64,000 nucleotides of DNA from a virus (IMGVR_UViG_3300028738_000008); one strand, 5' to 3'; counted from the first letter of the stretch, positions 38,551-47,688 are shown. Notes: generated by a model from the sequence alone, not told the origin. Numbers and translations: made by a program.

Positions 38551-39222
38551 ATGATGAAAGATCAAATTATCGAATTACGAAAATTGGGAAATTCGTACAA
38601 CGAAATAGTAAGTAAACTTGGTTGTACAAAGTCAAATGTCTCATATCATTGTGGCAAATTAGGAATTAATTTACATAATGATAATCCGAAAAAAATAAGT
38701 GAACAAATCGTAGAGTCAATAAGAAACGATAAAATTTCGTTGTCGTCTAAAGAGATTGCTTTAAAATATAATGTTAGCGTAAGTACAGTGAATAAATTTA
38801 CAAAGATGAAGTCAAGGTCTTTAGATATAAAACCTGAAAGTAGCGTATGTTTAAATTGTGGTAAAGAAACACCGTATAGAAAAGAGAAACGATTTTGTAG
38901 CAATCAATGCGGTGCTCAATATATACACAAATTGGCTTATAAAGATTTTTTAGAAAATAACGAAAAATATTGTGTTGGAAATTACACAGCTAAAAATTTT
39001 AAGGACTTTATTGTAGCTGAGCAAAATGATAAATGCTTGATATGTGGAATGTCAGCAATTTGGGAAAACAAAATATTAGTTTTCGTTTTAGATCACATTG
39101 ACGGTAATGCTTCAAATAACAAAAGAGAAAATTTAAGATTAATTTGTCCTAATTGCGATTCGCAAACAAGCACATTTAAATCGAAAACGAAGGTTTCAAT
39201 GAGAAGAAATTATAATAAATAA
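38551..39222 (+). mobile_element. Free-standing HNH homing endonuclease with N-terminal HTH
   Basis: CLICG...LDHIDGNASNNKRENLRLICPNC; located within the tRNA array. Confidence 0.88.
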
Positions 39223-39227
39223 TATAT

Positions 39228-39310
39228 GGAAGGTAGCATGCAGTGGTGCATAAGTGGCTTTGAACACCATGCCGATGTAAAAGTCGAGAGTTCGATTCTT
39301 TTACCTTCCG
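39228..39310 (+). tRNA. trnS: tRNA-Ser(TGA)
   Basis: Loop tttgaac; long variable arm; G73. Confidence 0.85.
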
Positions 39311-39636
39311 CTTAGAAGTAAGATTAGTCTGAGACAAAGTACACGTCATGGCAACCACGCCAGCTTCTACACGCATAGCTGATTGATTAACAGAGTCATT
39401 CAGTCTGGTACTTAGAAGTAGTGTTAGCAATTGTTCTGTTTATTTGCTAATGATATTTATTAATTGCCGTTTCCGAATTGCTTAAGATGCTGCCATTAAG
39501 ATTCTGTTTGGGACAATTAGAAAGGATGTGTTGAACTACCCGATTATAAAAGGTCTCCTGAGATTTTATGAATCTTTGTAATAAGGTTCGTGGTCGTGAG
39601 TAAGAGGCTCACATCGGAAATAAAATATTTAAAATT

Positions 39637-39710
39637 GGGGAGGTAGCTCAGTTGGTAGTAGCGGTGGATTGAAGATCCACAGGTCGTCGGTTCAAGTCCG
39701 ACTCTCCCCA
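39637..39710 (+). tRNA. trnF: tRNA-Phe(GAA)
   Basis: gtgga-ttgaaga-tccac. Confidence 0.92.
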
Positions 39711-39791
39711 CGAAAAACAATGGTGCTTAGTATTGTTACTTCAATGGATGAAACAAAACACAATGCTGCAAAATTCCTTGTTTTTATTATC

Positions 39792-39865
39792 GCAGTGATG
39801 GTGTTTAATGGTTAGCATATAACCTTGCCAAGGTTGAGGTGGAAGTTCGAATCTTCTTCATTGCT
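39792..39865 (+). tRNA. trnG: tRNA-Gly(GCC)
   Basis: taacc-ttgccaa-ggttg; U73. Confidence 0.9.
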
Positions 39866-40089
39866 CTTTTTTTATATTTATTATTTCGGTGATGAAATCT
39901 AAATATTTTTTTGATGTTCGCTCTTTGACATATTTTTGAGCAGATGTATCGATAACATAATAATCAATAGAATTATTGGCGCATGCTGTTATTTTTAAAT
40001 TATCATTGATCTGGGTTTGACGTAATTTTCTCTCGCCAAAAACAGGTAAATTAAATTTAATCCCGATCACCTGCTCCACAAATTAAATT

Positions 40090-40175
40090 GCAGTAATCGC
40101 ATAGTTGGTCGATTGCGCCAGCCTTCCAAGCTGGAAAGAGAAATCACGGCGAGGGTTCGAATCCCTCTTACTGCT
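40090..40175 (+). tRNA. trnG: tRNA-Gly(TCC), extended variable region
   Basis: ccagc-cttccaa-gctgg; 16-nt variable region. Confidence 0.85.
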
Positions 40176-40191
40176 CAATAAATTGTTAATA

Positions 40192-40464
40192 ATGAAACTG
40201 AAAAACATATTGAAAGCCTTATGGGGTCAGTTACCAGCACAAAGAGCATTTAGGAATTTTTTTATCACTGGAAATGCTTTAGGCATGTTTAACATAAGAA
40301 GTCATCAGTGTGAAAATGGTACTCCAAAGGTTATGTACAATACCAGAGCCACAGCACAAAAAGCTGCTGATAGCATGGGTAAAAAAATGAATAAGCATTT
40401 CTCGGTTTATAAATGTATCTATTGTGATGGGTATCACTTAGGTAAGAATAGAGATAATAAATAG
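40192..40464 (+). CDS. Small basic protein with YxCxxCxGxH zinc-binding motif
   Basis: Start revised (40105 overlaps the tRNA). Confidence 0.7.
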   Translation: MKLKNILKALWGQLPAQRAFRNFFITGNALGMFNIRSHQCENGTPKVMYNTRATAQKAADSMGKKMNKHFSVYKCIYCDGYHLGKNRDNK

Positions 40465-40535
40465 TGGTATAGCTCAGTTGGTAGAGCATGGGTATCATAA
40501 GCCCTGTGTCATAGGTTCGATTCCTATTGCCGCTA
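40463..40535 (+). tRNA. tRNA(CAT), Met or Ile2
   Basis: Loop atcataa. Confidence 0.8.
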
Positions 40536-40931
40536 CAAACTAATAAATATATAATGGTAGAAAGTAAGTTTAATTCACACGGAAAATTGAAAATGGATAA
40601 TGATACAAAAATCAAGGCTGGCGATACTGTTGAATACAGCTATGCTGATAATAACCCAAACGATAGAACAAGAAAAATGATCGTAACGCTTAGAGGCACT
40701 TGGGATGGTGATAAGGTTTCATTCAACGATAAGAAAAATACCGTAGTTAAAACTACTCATTGGCTAACATTAATAGAAGAATAATATGCAAGAAAAAGAA
40801 GATGCTATTGAGGAAAGGGATGATAAGCTTTCATACGAGAATTATAATCATGTTGATGGCAAATTTCATAAAGTAAGACGTAAGAATACGCATCTTACGC
40901 CAAAGAAGAAAAAACGAAAGTAAAAATATAT

Positions 40932-41021
40932 TGCGAGTTAGAGAAGTCAGGCCTATCTCACCAGTCTCATAAGCTGGAGTACCGTTTAAAAGTATCGTTG
41001 GTTCGAATCCAGCACTCGCTT
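40932..41021 (+). tRNA. trnM: tRNA-Met(CAT), initiator-like 1:72 mismatch, long variable arm
   Basis: ccagt-ctcataa-gctgg; T1:T72. Confidence 0.75.
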
Positions 41022-41035
41022 CATTAAAAACACAC

Positions 41036-41120
41036 TGCGGAATGGTGTAATTGGCAACACACGAGGCTCATAACCTTGAGACATTAAATGCTTGTATTGG
41101 TTCGAATCCAATTTCCGCTT
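41036..41120 (+). tRNA. trnM: tRNA-Met(CAT), initiator-like 1:72 mismatch, long variable arm
   Basis: cgagg-ctcataa-ccttg; T1:T72. Confidence 0.75.
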
Positions 41121-41134
41121 CTATAATTATAATT

Positions 41135-41208
41135 GGTCGTGTGGCGCAATTGGTTAGCGCAATTGTCTTATACACAAAAGGTTGTGGGTTCAAGTCCCAC
41201 CATGACCA
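41135..41208 (+). tRNA. trnI: tRNA-Ile(TAT)
   Basis: ttgt-cttatac-acaa. Confidence 0.85.
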
Positions 41209-41220
41209 CAACAAATACAT

Positions 41221-41301
41221 GCTTAGTTAGCCAAGTGGCAAGGCAGCAGACTGTTAATCTGCCGAAGAAATTCATCGTAGGTTCGATCCCTACACTAAGC
41301 G
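41221..41301 (+). tRNA. trnN: tRNA-Asn(GTT), long variable arm
   Basis: gcaga-ctgttaa-tctgc; gaa-gaaa-ttc arm; G73. Confidence 0.88.
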
Positions 41302-41594
41302 CAAATACTTTATATTTTTTGTTGCATATCTAATTTATTATCATTAAATTTGCAGCCTAAAACATTTAATATGATAGTAAAATATGTACATCATGACACT
41401 GAGGTAAGTGTGCAAGAAGAAATGCTTGGAAAACATCGTGAGCATTGCTTATGTTATCAGGGTTGTAAGTTCTTCAAACCTGAAACCAGAAAAGGAAATT
41501 GTGGCATTGCAAATGCCATTTATAAGAATTGCGTTCTTTACGGTGTTGTAACACCAGTTTGGGAATGTCCTAAATACGAGAAGGAAACTGTGTA

Positions 41595-41843
41595 ATGGAT
41601 GAATTAATACCAGCACCTGAACAGAATATGTTCAACATTGAAGTTTATTTGGACGACGGAAGGGTATTCGAATACAAAGTAGCGTCAGCCGAAAAAGTTC
41701 GAGAACATGCTCATGCCATTATCATGACAGGCTACAGGCATAATGATGGATTTTTATTTGAACATTATCCACCGCACAGAATCTTGAAGGTCAAGAGCAA
41801 TAACATAAGCACTCAGTATAAAGACGTAACAAAAGGAACGTAA
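41595..41843 (+). CDS. Small hypothetical protein
   Basis: 82 aa ORF coupled to its neighbours. Confidence 0.7.
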   Translation: MDELIPAPEQNMFNIEVYLDDGRVFEYKVASAEKVREHAHAIIMTGYRHNDGFLFEHYPPHRILKVKSNNISTQYKDVTKGT

Positions 41844-42148
41844 TGGAATTACAAAAATTGATTTTAGCCGAGGACGTTTACGACGCCTTGGAAACAGGTA
41901 AGAATTGTACGATCAGAAAAGGTCGCAGAGACATTCAATTAGACAAGCTTTTATTTGAATCGCTTGACGAAAAAAGAACAACAGTCGTAAATGTCGTAAT
42001 GACAATTCATTGTAAGCTACAGCATATTCCAGACGAGTTTGTATGGAACGACGGATTCACAGGACATGAAAACATGCTTACAGAAATGAAAAGGTTTTAT
42101 CCTGACATTCAAATGGATACCGAATGTACTGTAATTATATTTGAATAA
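41843..42148 (+). CDS. ASCH/PUA-like domain protein
   Basis: GKNCTIRKG; ends DGF....L..MKRFYP. Confidence 0.7.
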   Translation: MELQKLILAEDVYDALETGKNCTIRKGRRDIQLDKLLFESLDEKRTTVVNVVMTIHCKLQHIPDEFVWNDGFTGHENMLTEMKRFYPDIQMDTECTVIIFE

Positions 42149-42336
42149 TGAATTTCGAGACATTATTGGCAATAATTATAGCAATTCCATTTTCAATGAT
42201 TTGTCTACGTTGCACATTGAAAAATTGTGAGAATCCTTCATATGAATCATGGAGAATTGAGAACGAATAAAAATATAAATGCTGGAACAACTCTGTACGT
42301 GAGCCAGCTACTATTGCAATAGTAACGTACACTCAC

Positions 42337-42408
42337 GCCGATATCATATAATTGGTATTATGCTGGCTCTGTAACCCAGACATCGGGAATCGTCCTCTCG
42401 TATCGGCT
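42337..42408 (+). tRNA. trnT: tRNA-Thr(TGT), atypical T-loop and C33
   Basis: gccgata/tatcggc acceptor; loop tctgtaa; T-loop atcgtcc. Confidence 0.65.
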
Positions 42409-42414
42409 CAATAT

Positions 42415-42488
42415 GCATCCTTAGCTATAATTGGTAGAGCACCTGTTTAGTAAGCAGGGGGTTGTCGGTTCGAGTCCGTCAGGATGCT
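42415..42488 (+). tRNA. trnT: tRNA-Thr(AGT)
   Basis: cctgt-ttagtaa-gcagg. Confidence 0.85.
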
Positions 42489-42741
42489 CAAACATTTAAA
42501 TTAAAAACAATGGTAAATACATTAAAGGGTAAATTGATTAAAACTGTTATAAAGAGTGCTTGCAGAGCAAAATTTACTAAAGAGAAGGTGCAAGAGTATC
42601 TAAAGGGATATTTAGCATTTGAGACAACTGTAACAAATTATTCGCTTGATGTAGATTCAGCATATTTTGATATTGTCTATGTGGACAATCATCAAAATCA
42701 TTTAATTAGTGTTAATATAAAAATCGTAAAATAAAAGTAAT

Positions 42742-43134
42742 ATGACAATTCAAGATCAGATCAACTTGGACTTGCACCAAGCAATGTTAAACAAAGACAA
42801 GGAACTTTTAACATTTTTAAGGGTTGTAGCCAGTGATTTTTACCTAAAAGGAAAGGTCATTGACGATGAAATGGCGAAGAAAGTTTTACGCACATTAAAG
42901 GAAGAAGCAACCATAATGAACAACCAATACGAAATTGACGTTATTGCTAAGTATTTGCCAGCATTATTAAGCGAAGCAGAGATCAAAGCACTCGTTATTG
43001 AGGCTATTAAAGCCAATGGCTTCGCTGGAATGAAAGACATGGGTAAAGTTATGGCTGAATTAAAAAAGTTGCCTACAGCCTCTCAAATTGACAATACTTA
43101 TGCCAGTAAATTAACAAAGGAATTGCTAGCATAG
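42742..43134 (+). CDS. GatB/YqeY domain protein
   Basis: AMLNKDKE.L..LR; YLPALLSEAEI; MKDMGKVM; TAG stop followed directly by TAA. Confidence 0.9.
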   Translation: MTIQDQINLDLHQAMLNKDKELLTFLRVVASDFYLKGKVIDDEMAKKVLRTLKEEATIMNNQYEIDVIAKYLPALLSEAEIKALVIEAIKANGFAGMKDMGKVMAELKKLPTASQIDNTYASKLTKELLA

Positions 43135-43142
43135 TAAAATAT

Positions 43143-43218
43143 GGAGGCGTATCACAACAATCTTCTAAATTGTTTTAGTGTAATTGGACTGATGTGGGTT
43201 CGACTCCCATCGCCTCTT
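43143..43218 (+). tRNA. trnR: tRNA-Arg(TCT)-like, D-armless with D-like hairpin in the variable region
   Basis: aacaat-cttctaa-attgtt; agt-gtaattgg-act; gtggg-ttcgact-cccat. Confidence 0.7.
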
Positions 43219-43516
43219 CAAGAATAATAACTATTATGAATATAATTAAAGTAGAAAACGTAAAAGGCATTGAAAATCGTGCAAAGGGTATGACGGTATT
43301 GCACGATTATAAAATGGATGGTAGACATGTTCAGTCTGTTATAGTTGTTTTAAGCTATGATGATCTTAAAAGTATTAGCAATATAATCGAAAAATTGAGG
43401 GGATATAATGTTAGTTGTTTGGTCATGCCAGAAGCTTTACATTTTACTCCAGAAGAAAGAATATTGCTTGAACCTTTATTCAATAAAAGTTTTACTGTAA
43501 GTTATTATTAAACAAT

Positions 43517-43590
43517 GGCTATGTAGCTCAACTGGATGGAGCACTTCGCTACGAACGAAGAGGTTGGGGGTTCGAATCCCTTCATGGTCA
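43517..43590 (+). tRNA. trnR: tRNA-Arg(ACG)
   Basis: cttcg-ctacgaa-cgaag. Confidence 0.92.
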
Positions 43591-43603
43591 CAAATGCATA
43601 TAT

Positions 43604-44485
43604 ATGAAAAAGAACATAGTATTTTATAACGCCTATCATAAAGGTGACTTACATTACTCAAGACAATTTATGAAAGATATTCAAAAGAATCTCTCGACTA
43701 AATATGAGGGTTTCTTTTATTCTGATAAATATCCTGATGATAATATTTATTTTGACTTAGTTGATTTTAAACGACTTCCGTTTAAAAATATGCTTAATGA
43801 AAATTCTCAAGTTACTTATGACGAAAAAAATGTTTACATTAATACTTGGATAGGTCAAGGTGGGTACAAATATGTTGTTGAGTCTAAATGCTCTTTAAAG
43901 TCTTATCATAATATGTATAAGGACATTTATGTAACATTAGGCATACCTTTAAAGAGAATTGATGCATATATTCCAACGATTGATTATACAAAGCTTGACC
44001 AACAGCATACCGTAAATATTTTGAATTTTAACAGTCAGCAAAAACTCACCAACGTAAAGAAGAAGATACTTATATGTAATGGCGATGTATTATCATTTCA
44101 GTCTGAGAATTTTAAATTTGAATACATTGTAAACATACTTGCATTCATGAATCTCAATTGTACTTTTATATGTACCAGTAAATCTTTTCTACCCAAAACC
44201 GATAATGTTGTTTTCTGCGAGGATATCATAAAAAAAGACGGCTGTGATCTAAATGAAATTTCTTTTCTATCAACATTTTGCGATATAATCGTCGGCAGAG
44301 CTTCTGGGCCTTATGCATTCACGCATGTAAAGGAAAACATTGGGAATAAAGATATCGATTATATTTCATTATGTAAAAATATAGAAGAAGGTATTTGGTA
44401 TCAGGGCAAAGCATCTAATAGCTGGTCTGACAAATATACCATAAATAATATTGTTGACATGATTAATTTGAAAATAAATGACTAA
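43604..44485 (+). CDS. Glycosyltransferase-like protein
   Basis: HKGDLHYSR; CDLNEISFLSTFCDIIVGRASGP. Confidence 0.5.
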   Translation: MKKNIVFYNAYHKGDLHYSRQFMKDIQKNLSTKYEGFFYSDKYPDDNIYFDLVDFKRLPFKNMLNENSQVTYDEKNVYINTWIGQGGYKYVVESKCSLKSYHNMYKDIYVTLGIPLKRIDAYIPTIDYTKLDQQHTVNILNFNSQQKLTNVKKKILICNGDVLSFQSENFKFEYIVNILAFMNLNCTFICTSKSFLPKTDNVVFCEDIIKKDGCDLNEISFLSTFCDIIVGRASGPYAFTHVKENIGNKDIDYISLCKNIEEGIWYQGKASNSWSDKYTINNIVDMINLKIND

Positions 44486-45149
44486 AAAAGTATTAATTTT
44501 TACAAGTGCTTGGGGCAGAAGACCTCTAATGACACGACAATGCATGCTGAGTGTTATGGCTCAGAGTTATAAAGATCTTGTCCATGCGGTTAACATTACT
44601 TTAGACGGCGACGCAACCACAAAAGATTATTCTCCGATGTATAACGATCTTGTTAAATTGGATAATAGATTTATCGTTAATACCAATCTGAATGGTCATA
44701 CACATCATAATAATATGCTTGCGATAAAGTCCGTTCCAAATTTCATGGAGTATGATTATTTTTTGAAGATGGATAATGACGATATATACAAAACTCATTA
44801 CGTTGAGAATATTGTAAATTTCTTTGAAGCAAATCCTGATGTAGATATTACATCGACAAAAATAACCGATCACTTAAATGGTTATGACCTTTATAAAGGC
44901 TCATGGGATAATTTTGGCGCAAATCCAGATGGAACAGATTATCATATGCCTATGACATTTGCATTTACACGTAAAGCATTGGAGTCTATTATCGGACTAA
45001 CAAATATTTATGGCTTTGATGATATGATGTGGCGTGACGCATGGGCTAAAGATGGCTTGAAGCATAAGGCTGTTCATAATGAAAACGAAGTTATTTTCAA
45101 TGTACATGGCGGAAATGTCTCAACAGGCAGTTGGTTAAAAAAGAAATGA
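44478..45149 (+). CDS. GT2-family glycosyltransferase
   Basis: SVMAQSY; YFLKMDNDDIY. Confidence 0.8.
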   Translation: MTKKVLIFTSAWGRRPLMTRQCMLSVMAQSYKDLVHAVNITLDGDATTKDYSPMYNDLVKLDNRFIVNTNLNGHTHHNNMLAIKSVPNFMEYDYFLKMDNDDIYKTHYVENIVNFFEANPDVDITSTKITDHLNGYDLYKGSWDNFGANPDGTDYHMPMTFAFTRKALESIIGLTNIYGFDDMMWRDAWAKDGLKHKAVHNENEVIFNVHGGNVSTGSWLKKK

Positions 45150-45152
45150 ATC

Positions 45153-45767
45153 ATGATAAATGGAGATCGTAGTAAAATAAATTTATTCGTATGCGTTTAT
45201 AGTACTGAGAATAAACGGAGACAGAATGAAATGGATAAATGTTTACGAATTAATAAAAGGAATCAATTTCTCAATGTTGTGCCAATTTATAATCAGGATA
45301 GACTAACATATAATGATTTCTTTAAAATCATAAATGAAGCGTCTGGAAATGATGACATTAACATAATAACAAATTCGGATATATATTTTGACTCTACTAT
45401 TGAATTAGCTCAACATATGTTATATAAGGAATTATATGCATTAACTCGCTGGGATTTAAATGGTAATGACTTAACATTTTATAATCTTAGTTATAGTCAG
45501 GATAGCTGGATATTTAGAGGTAAAATTGAAGATATTAATGCACCTTATGAATTAGGAAAAATGGGATGCGATAATAAAATAGCTTTTGAATTTTTTAATA
45601 AAGGTTATAAAGTGCTAAACCCATCTAAAAGCATTATTACAACTCATTTACATGAATCAAATTTTAGAACATATGATTATTTTGATCAGTATGATGGGTG
45701 GACTCTGTGGATTGAGCCTCATTTTATTTTTGAAGAGCCTGTATTTAATAAATATATGAAATCCTAA
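45153..45767 (+). CDS. GT-A-like hypothetical protein
   Basis: IITNSDIYFD; GKMGCDNKIA. Confidence 0.5.
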   Translation: MINGDRSKINLFVCVYSTENKRRQNEMDKCLRINKRNQFLNVVPIYNQDRLTYNDFFKIINEASGNDDINIITNSDIYFDSTIELAQHMLYKELYALTRWDLNGNDLTFYNLSYSQDSWIFRGKIEDINAPYELGKMGCDNKIAFEFFNKGYKVLNPSKSIITTHLHESNFRTYDYFDQYDGWTLWIEPHFIFEEPVFNKYMKS

Positions 45768-46754
45768 ATGAGAAAAGCACTAATAATCGGTATAACAGGA
45801 CAGGACGGTTCATATCTCGCAGAATATTTATTGGAAATGGGATATGATGTTCACGGTATTGTAAGAAGAAATTCATTACCCAATTCGCAATCGTATCGTC
45901 TTGAGTCGATAGAAAAAGAAATTCATACCTATTATGGTGACCTATTAGATCAAACATCCTTAGATAGTACTCTTGCTGAGGTTAAACCTGATGAAATTTA
46001 TAATCTGGGTGCTCAATCTCATGTTAGAATTAGTTATGATATTCCACAATACACATCACAGGTAAATGCCATAGGCGTTTTAAATCTACTTGAGTCGTAT
46101 AAGAAAATATGTCCAGAAGCTAAATTATACCAAGCCAGCACTTCCGAAATGTTTGGATTGAATATTGACGATGATAATTTCCAGAGAGAAACAACGGTTT
46201 TGAATCCTGTTTCCCCTTATGGTATATCGAAAGTATTTGCTTATGGCATGGTAAGGCATTATAGACGAGCATATGATTTACATGCATGTAATGGCATTTT
46301 GTTTAATCATGAATCTCCAAGACGTGGTGACAACTTTGTTACAAGTAAAGTCGTTAAAAGTGCATGTATGATTAAATTAGGACGACAAGAAAAACTTGAA
46401 TTAGGCAATATGGACTCATACAGGGATTGGGGGCATGCTAAGGATTACGTGAAAACAATGCATTTAATTATCAATCATGAAACAGCTGATGATTTTGTTG
46501 TTAGCACTATGGAAACTCGCTCAGTAAGAGATATGTGCGATATAGTTTTTAAATATTTGGATTTGAATTATATGGATTATGTTGTTCAAAATCCTAAATT
46601 TATGAGAGCAGAGGAATTACCATATTTAAGAGGTGATTCAACAAAAATGAGAAATACGTTCAATTGGAAGCCTACTTACACATTCGAAGAAATGATGTAC
46701 GAAATGACTGCTCATTGGATGGATGTATTACAGGGAATTAAATCAAAAAGATAA
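45768..46754 (+). CDS. gmd: GDP-mannose 4,6-dehydratase
   Basis: ALIIGITGQDGSYLAE; YQASTSE; SPYGISK; GILFNHESPRRG. Confidence 0.95.
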   Translation: MRKALIIGITGQDGSYLAEYLLEMGYDVHGIVRRNSLPNSQSYRLESIEKEIHTYYGDLLDQTSLDSTLAEVKPDEIYNLGAQSHVRISYDIPQYTSQVNAIGVLNLLESYKKICPEAKLYQASTSEMFGLNIDDDNFQRETTVLNPVSPYGISKVFAYGMVRHYRRAYDLHACNGILFNHESPRRGDNFVTSKVVKSACMIKLGRQEKLELGNMDSYRDWGHAKDYVKTMHLIINHETADDFVVSTMETRSVRDMCDIVFKYLDLNYMDYVVQNPKFMRAEELPYLRGDSTKMRNTFNWKPTYTFEEMMYEMTAHWMDVLQGIKSKR

Positions 46755-46944
46755 GAGTTCGATATAATGCAGCGAGAATAAATACATCGAGGTTAAAGGG
46801 TATGAAACAGAGTTAGATCGAATTAAATGGAGTCAATTTACTGAACCATTGGAAGTTTGGAAGAGAAAAGAATTGTTAAAATTAGGACTAAAATTATAAT
46901 AATTGACTTGTATTTGTTAATAATTATAAGTATTTTTGTAAAAT

Positions 46945-47035
46945 GGATAGATGCCAGAGTCTGGTTTATCGGGACAACCTGCTAAGTTGTTGTACGGCGA
47001 AAGTCGTGCCGAGGGTTCGAATCCCTCTCTATCCG
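46945..47035 (+). tRNA. trnS: tRNA-Ser(GCT)
   Basis: acaac-ctgctaa-gttgt; long variable arm; own host-type promoter near 46906-46938. Confidence 0.92.
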
Positions 47036-47044
47036 CATAAATGA

Positions 47045-47686
47045 TTGGATATGAGAAAAGTGTCGTTTGCGTTAACAGCTTGTGGGAGACCTGATCTCTT
47101 AGAAAGAACTATGGATTCATTCATAACACATAACACATATCCAATCGAAAAATATTATATCACAGAAGACTCAACAATAATCGGATTGAATGATAAATTG
47201 ATTGAGAAATATTCAGCCTTGAATATAGAGTGGATAATAAATGAAACCCGAATGGGTCAGATAAGATCAATCGATAATATGTATGCAAAAATAGATACTG
47301 AATACATATTTCATTGTGAAGATGATTGGCTATTCACTCAAGATGGCTTCATTGAGAAGAGTATTGATATACTCGATAATAATTCCAACATAATGATGGT
47401 GTGGCTTAGAGCACACAATGACACTAATGGACACCCTGTAACATACTTCAATGAAAAATTCGATATTGTTACACATAATTACTTAATAATGTGGCATGGT
47501 TTTTCATTTAATCCAGCATTGCGAAGATTAAGTGATTATAAACTTGTTGCGCCTTATGAGTCGATTGGACATGAATCTGATCTCTCAATAAAGTATAAAG
47601 AACTCGGATTTTCAACAGCAATACTAAAAGATAAGCATGTCGAGCATATTGGCTGGAATCGACACATGAATGATATAAATCAGTAA
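47045..47686 (+). CDS. GT2-family glycosyltransferase
   Basis: TACGRPDLL; YIFHCEDDW; FSFNPALRR. Confidence 0.8.
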   Translation: MDMRKVSFALTACGRPDLLERTMDSFITHNTYPIEKYYITEDSTIIGLNDKLIEKYSALNIEWIINETRMGQIRSIDNMYAKIDTEYIFHCEDDWLFTQDGFIEKSIDILDNNSNIMMVWLRAHNDTNGHPVTYFNEKFDIVTHNYLIMWHGFSFNPALRRLSDYKLVAPYESIGHESDLSIKYKELGFSTAILKDKHVEHIGWNRHMNDINQ

Positions 47687-47688
47687 GC

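Noticed and set aside
39858-40079. Antisense 73-aa ORF between the Gly tRNAs
   Set aside because: GTG start, no promoter motif or domain evidence; cannot be supported or excluded.
19290-41333. Track ORFs overlapping tRNA genes (19290, 23002, 23264, 23451, 23688, 29064, 39176, 40331, 41133)
   Set aside because: They are translations of tRNA sequence; extended starts at 19525, 23644, 29745, 40105, 42462 and 43194 also run into tRNAs.
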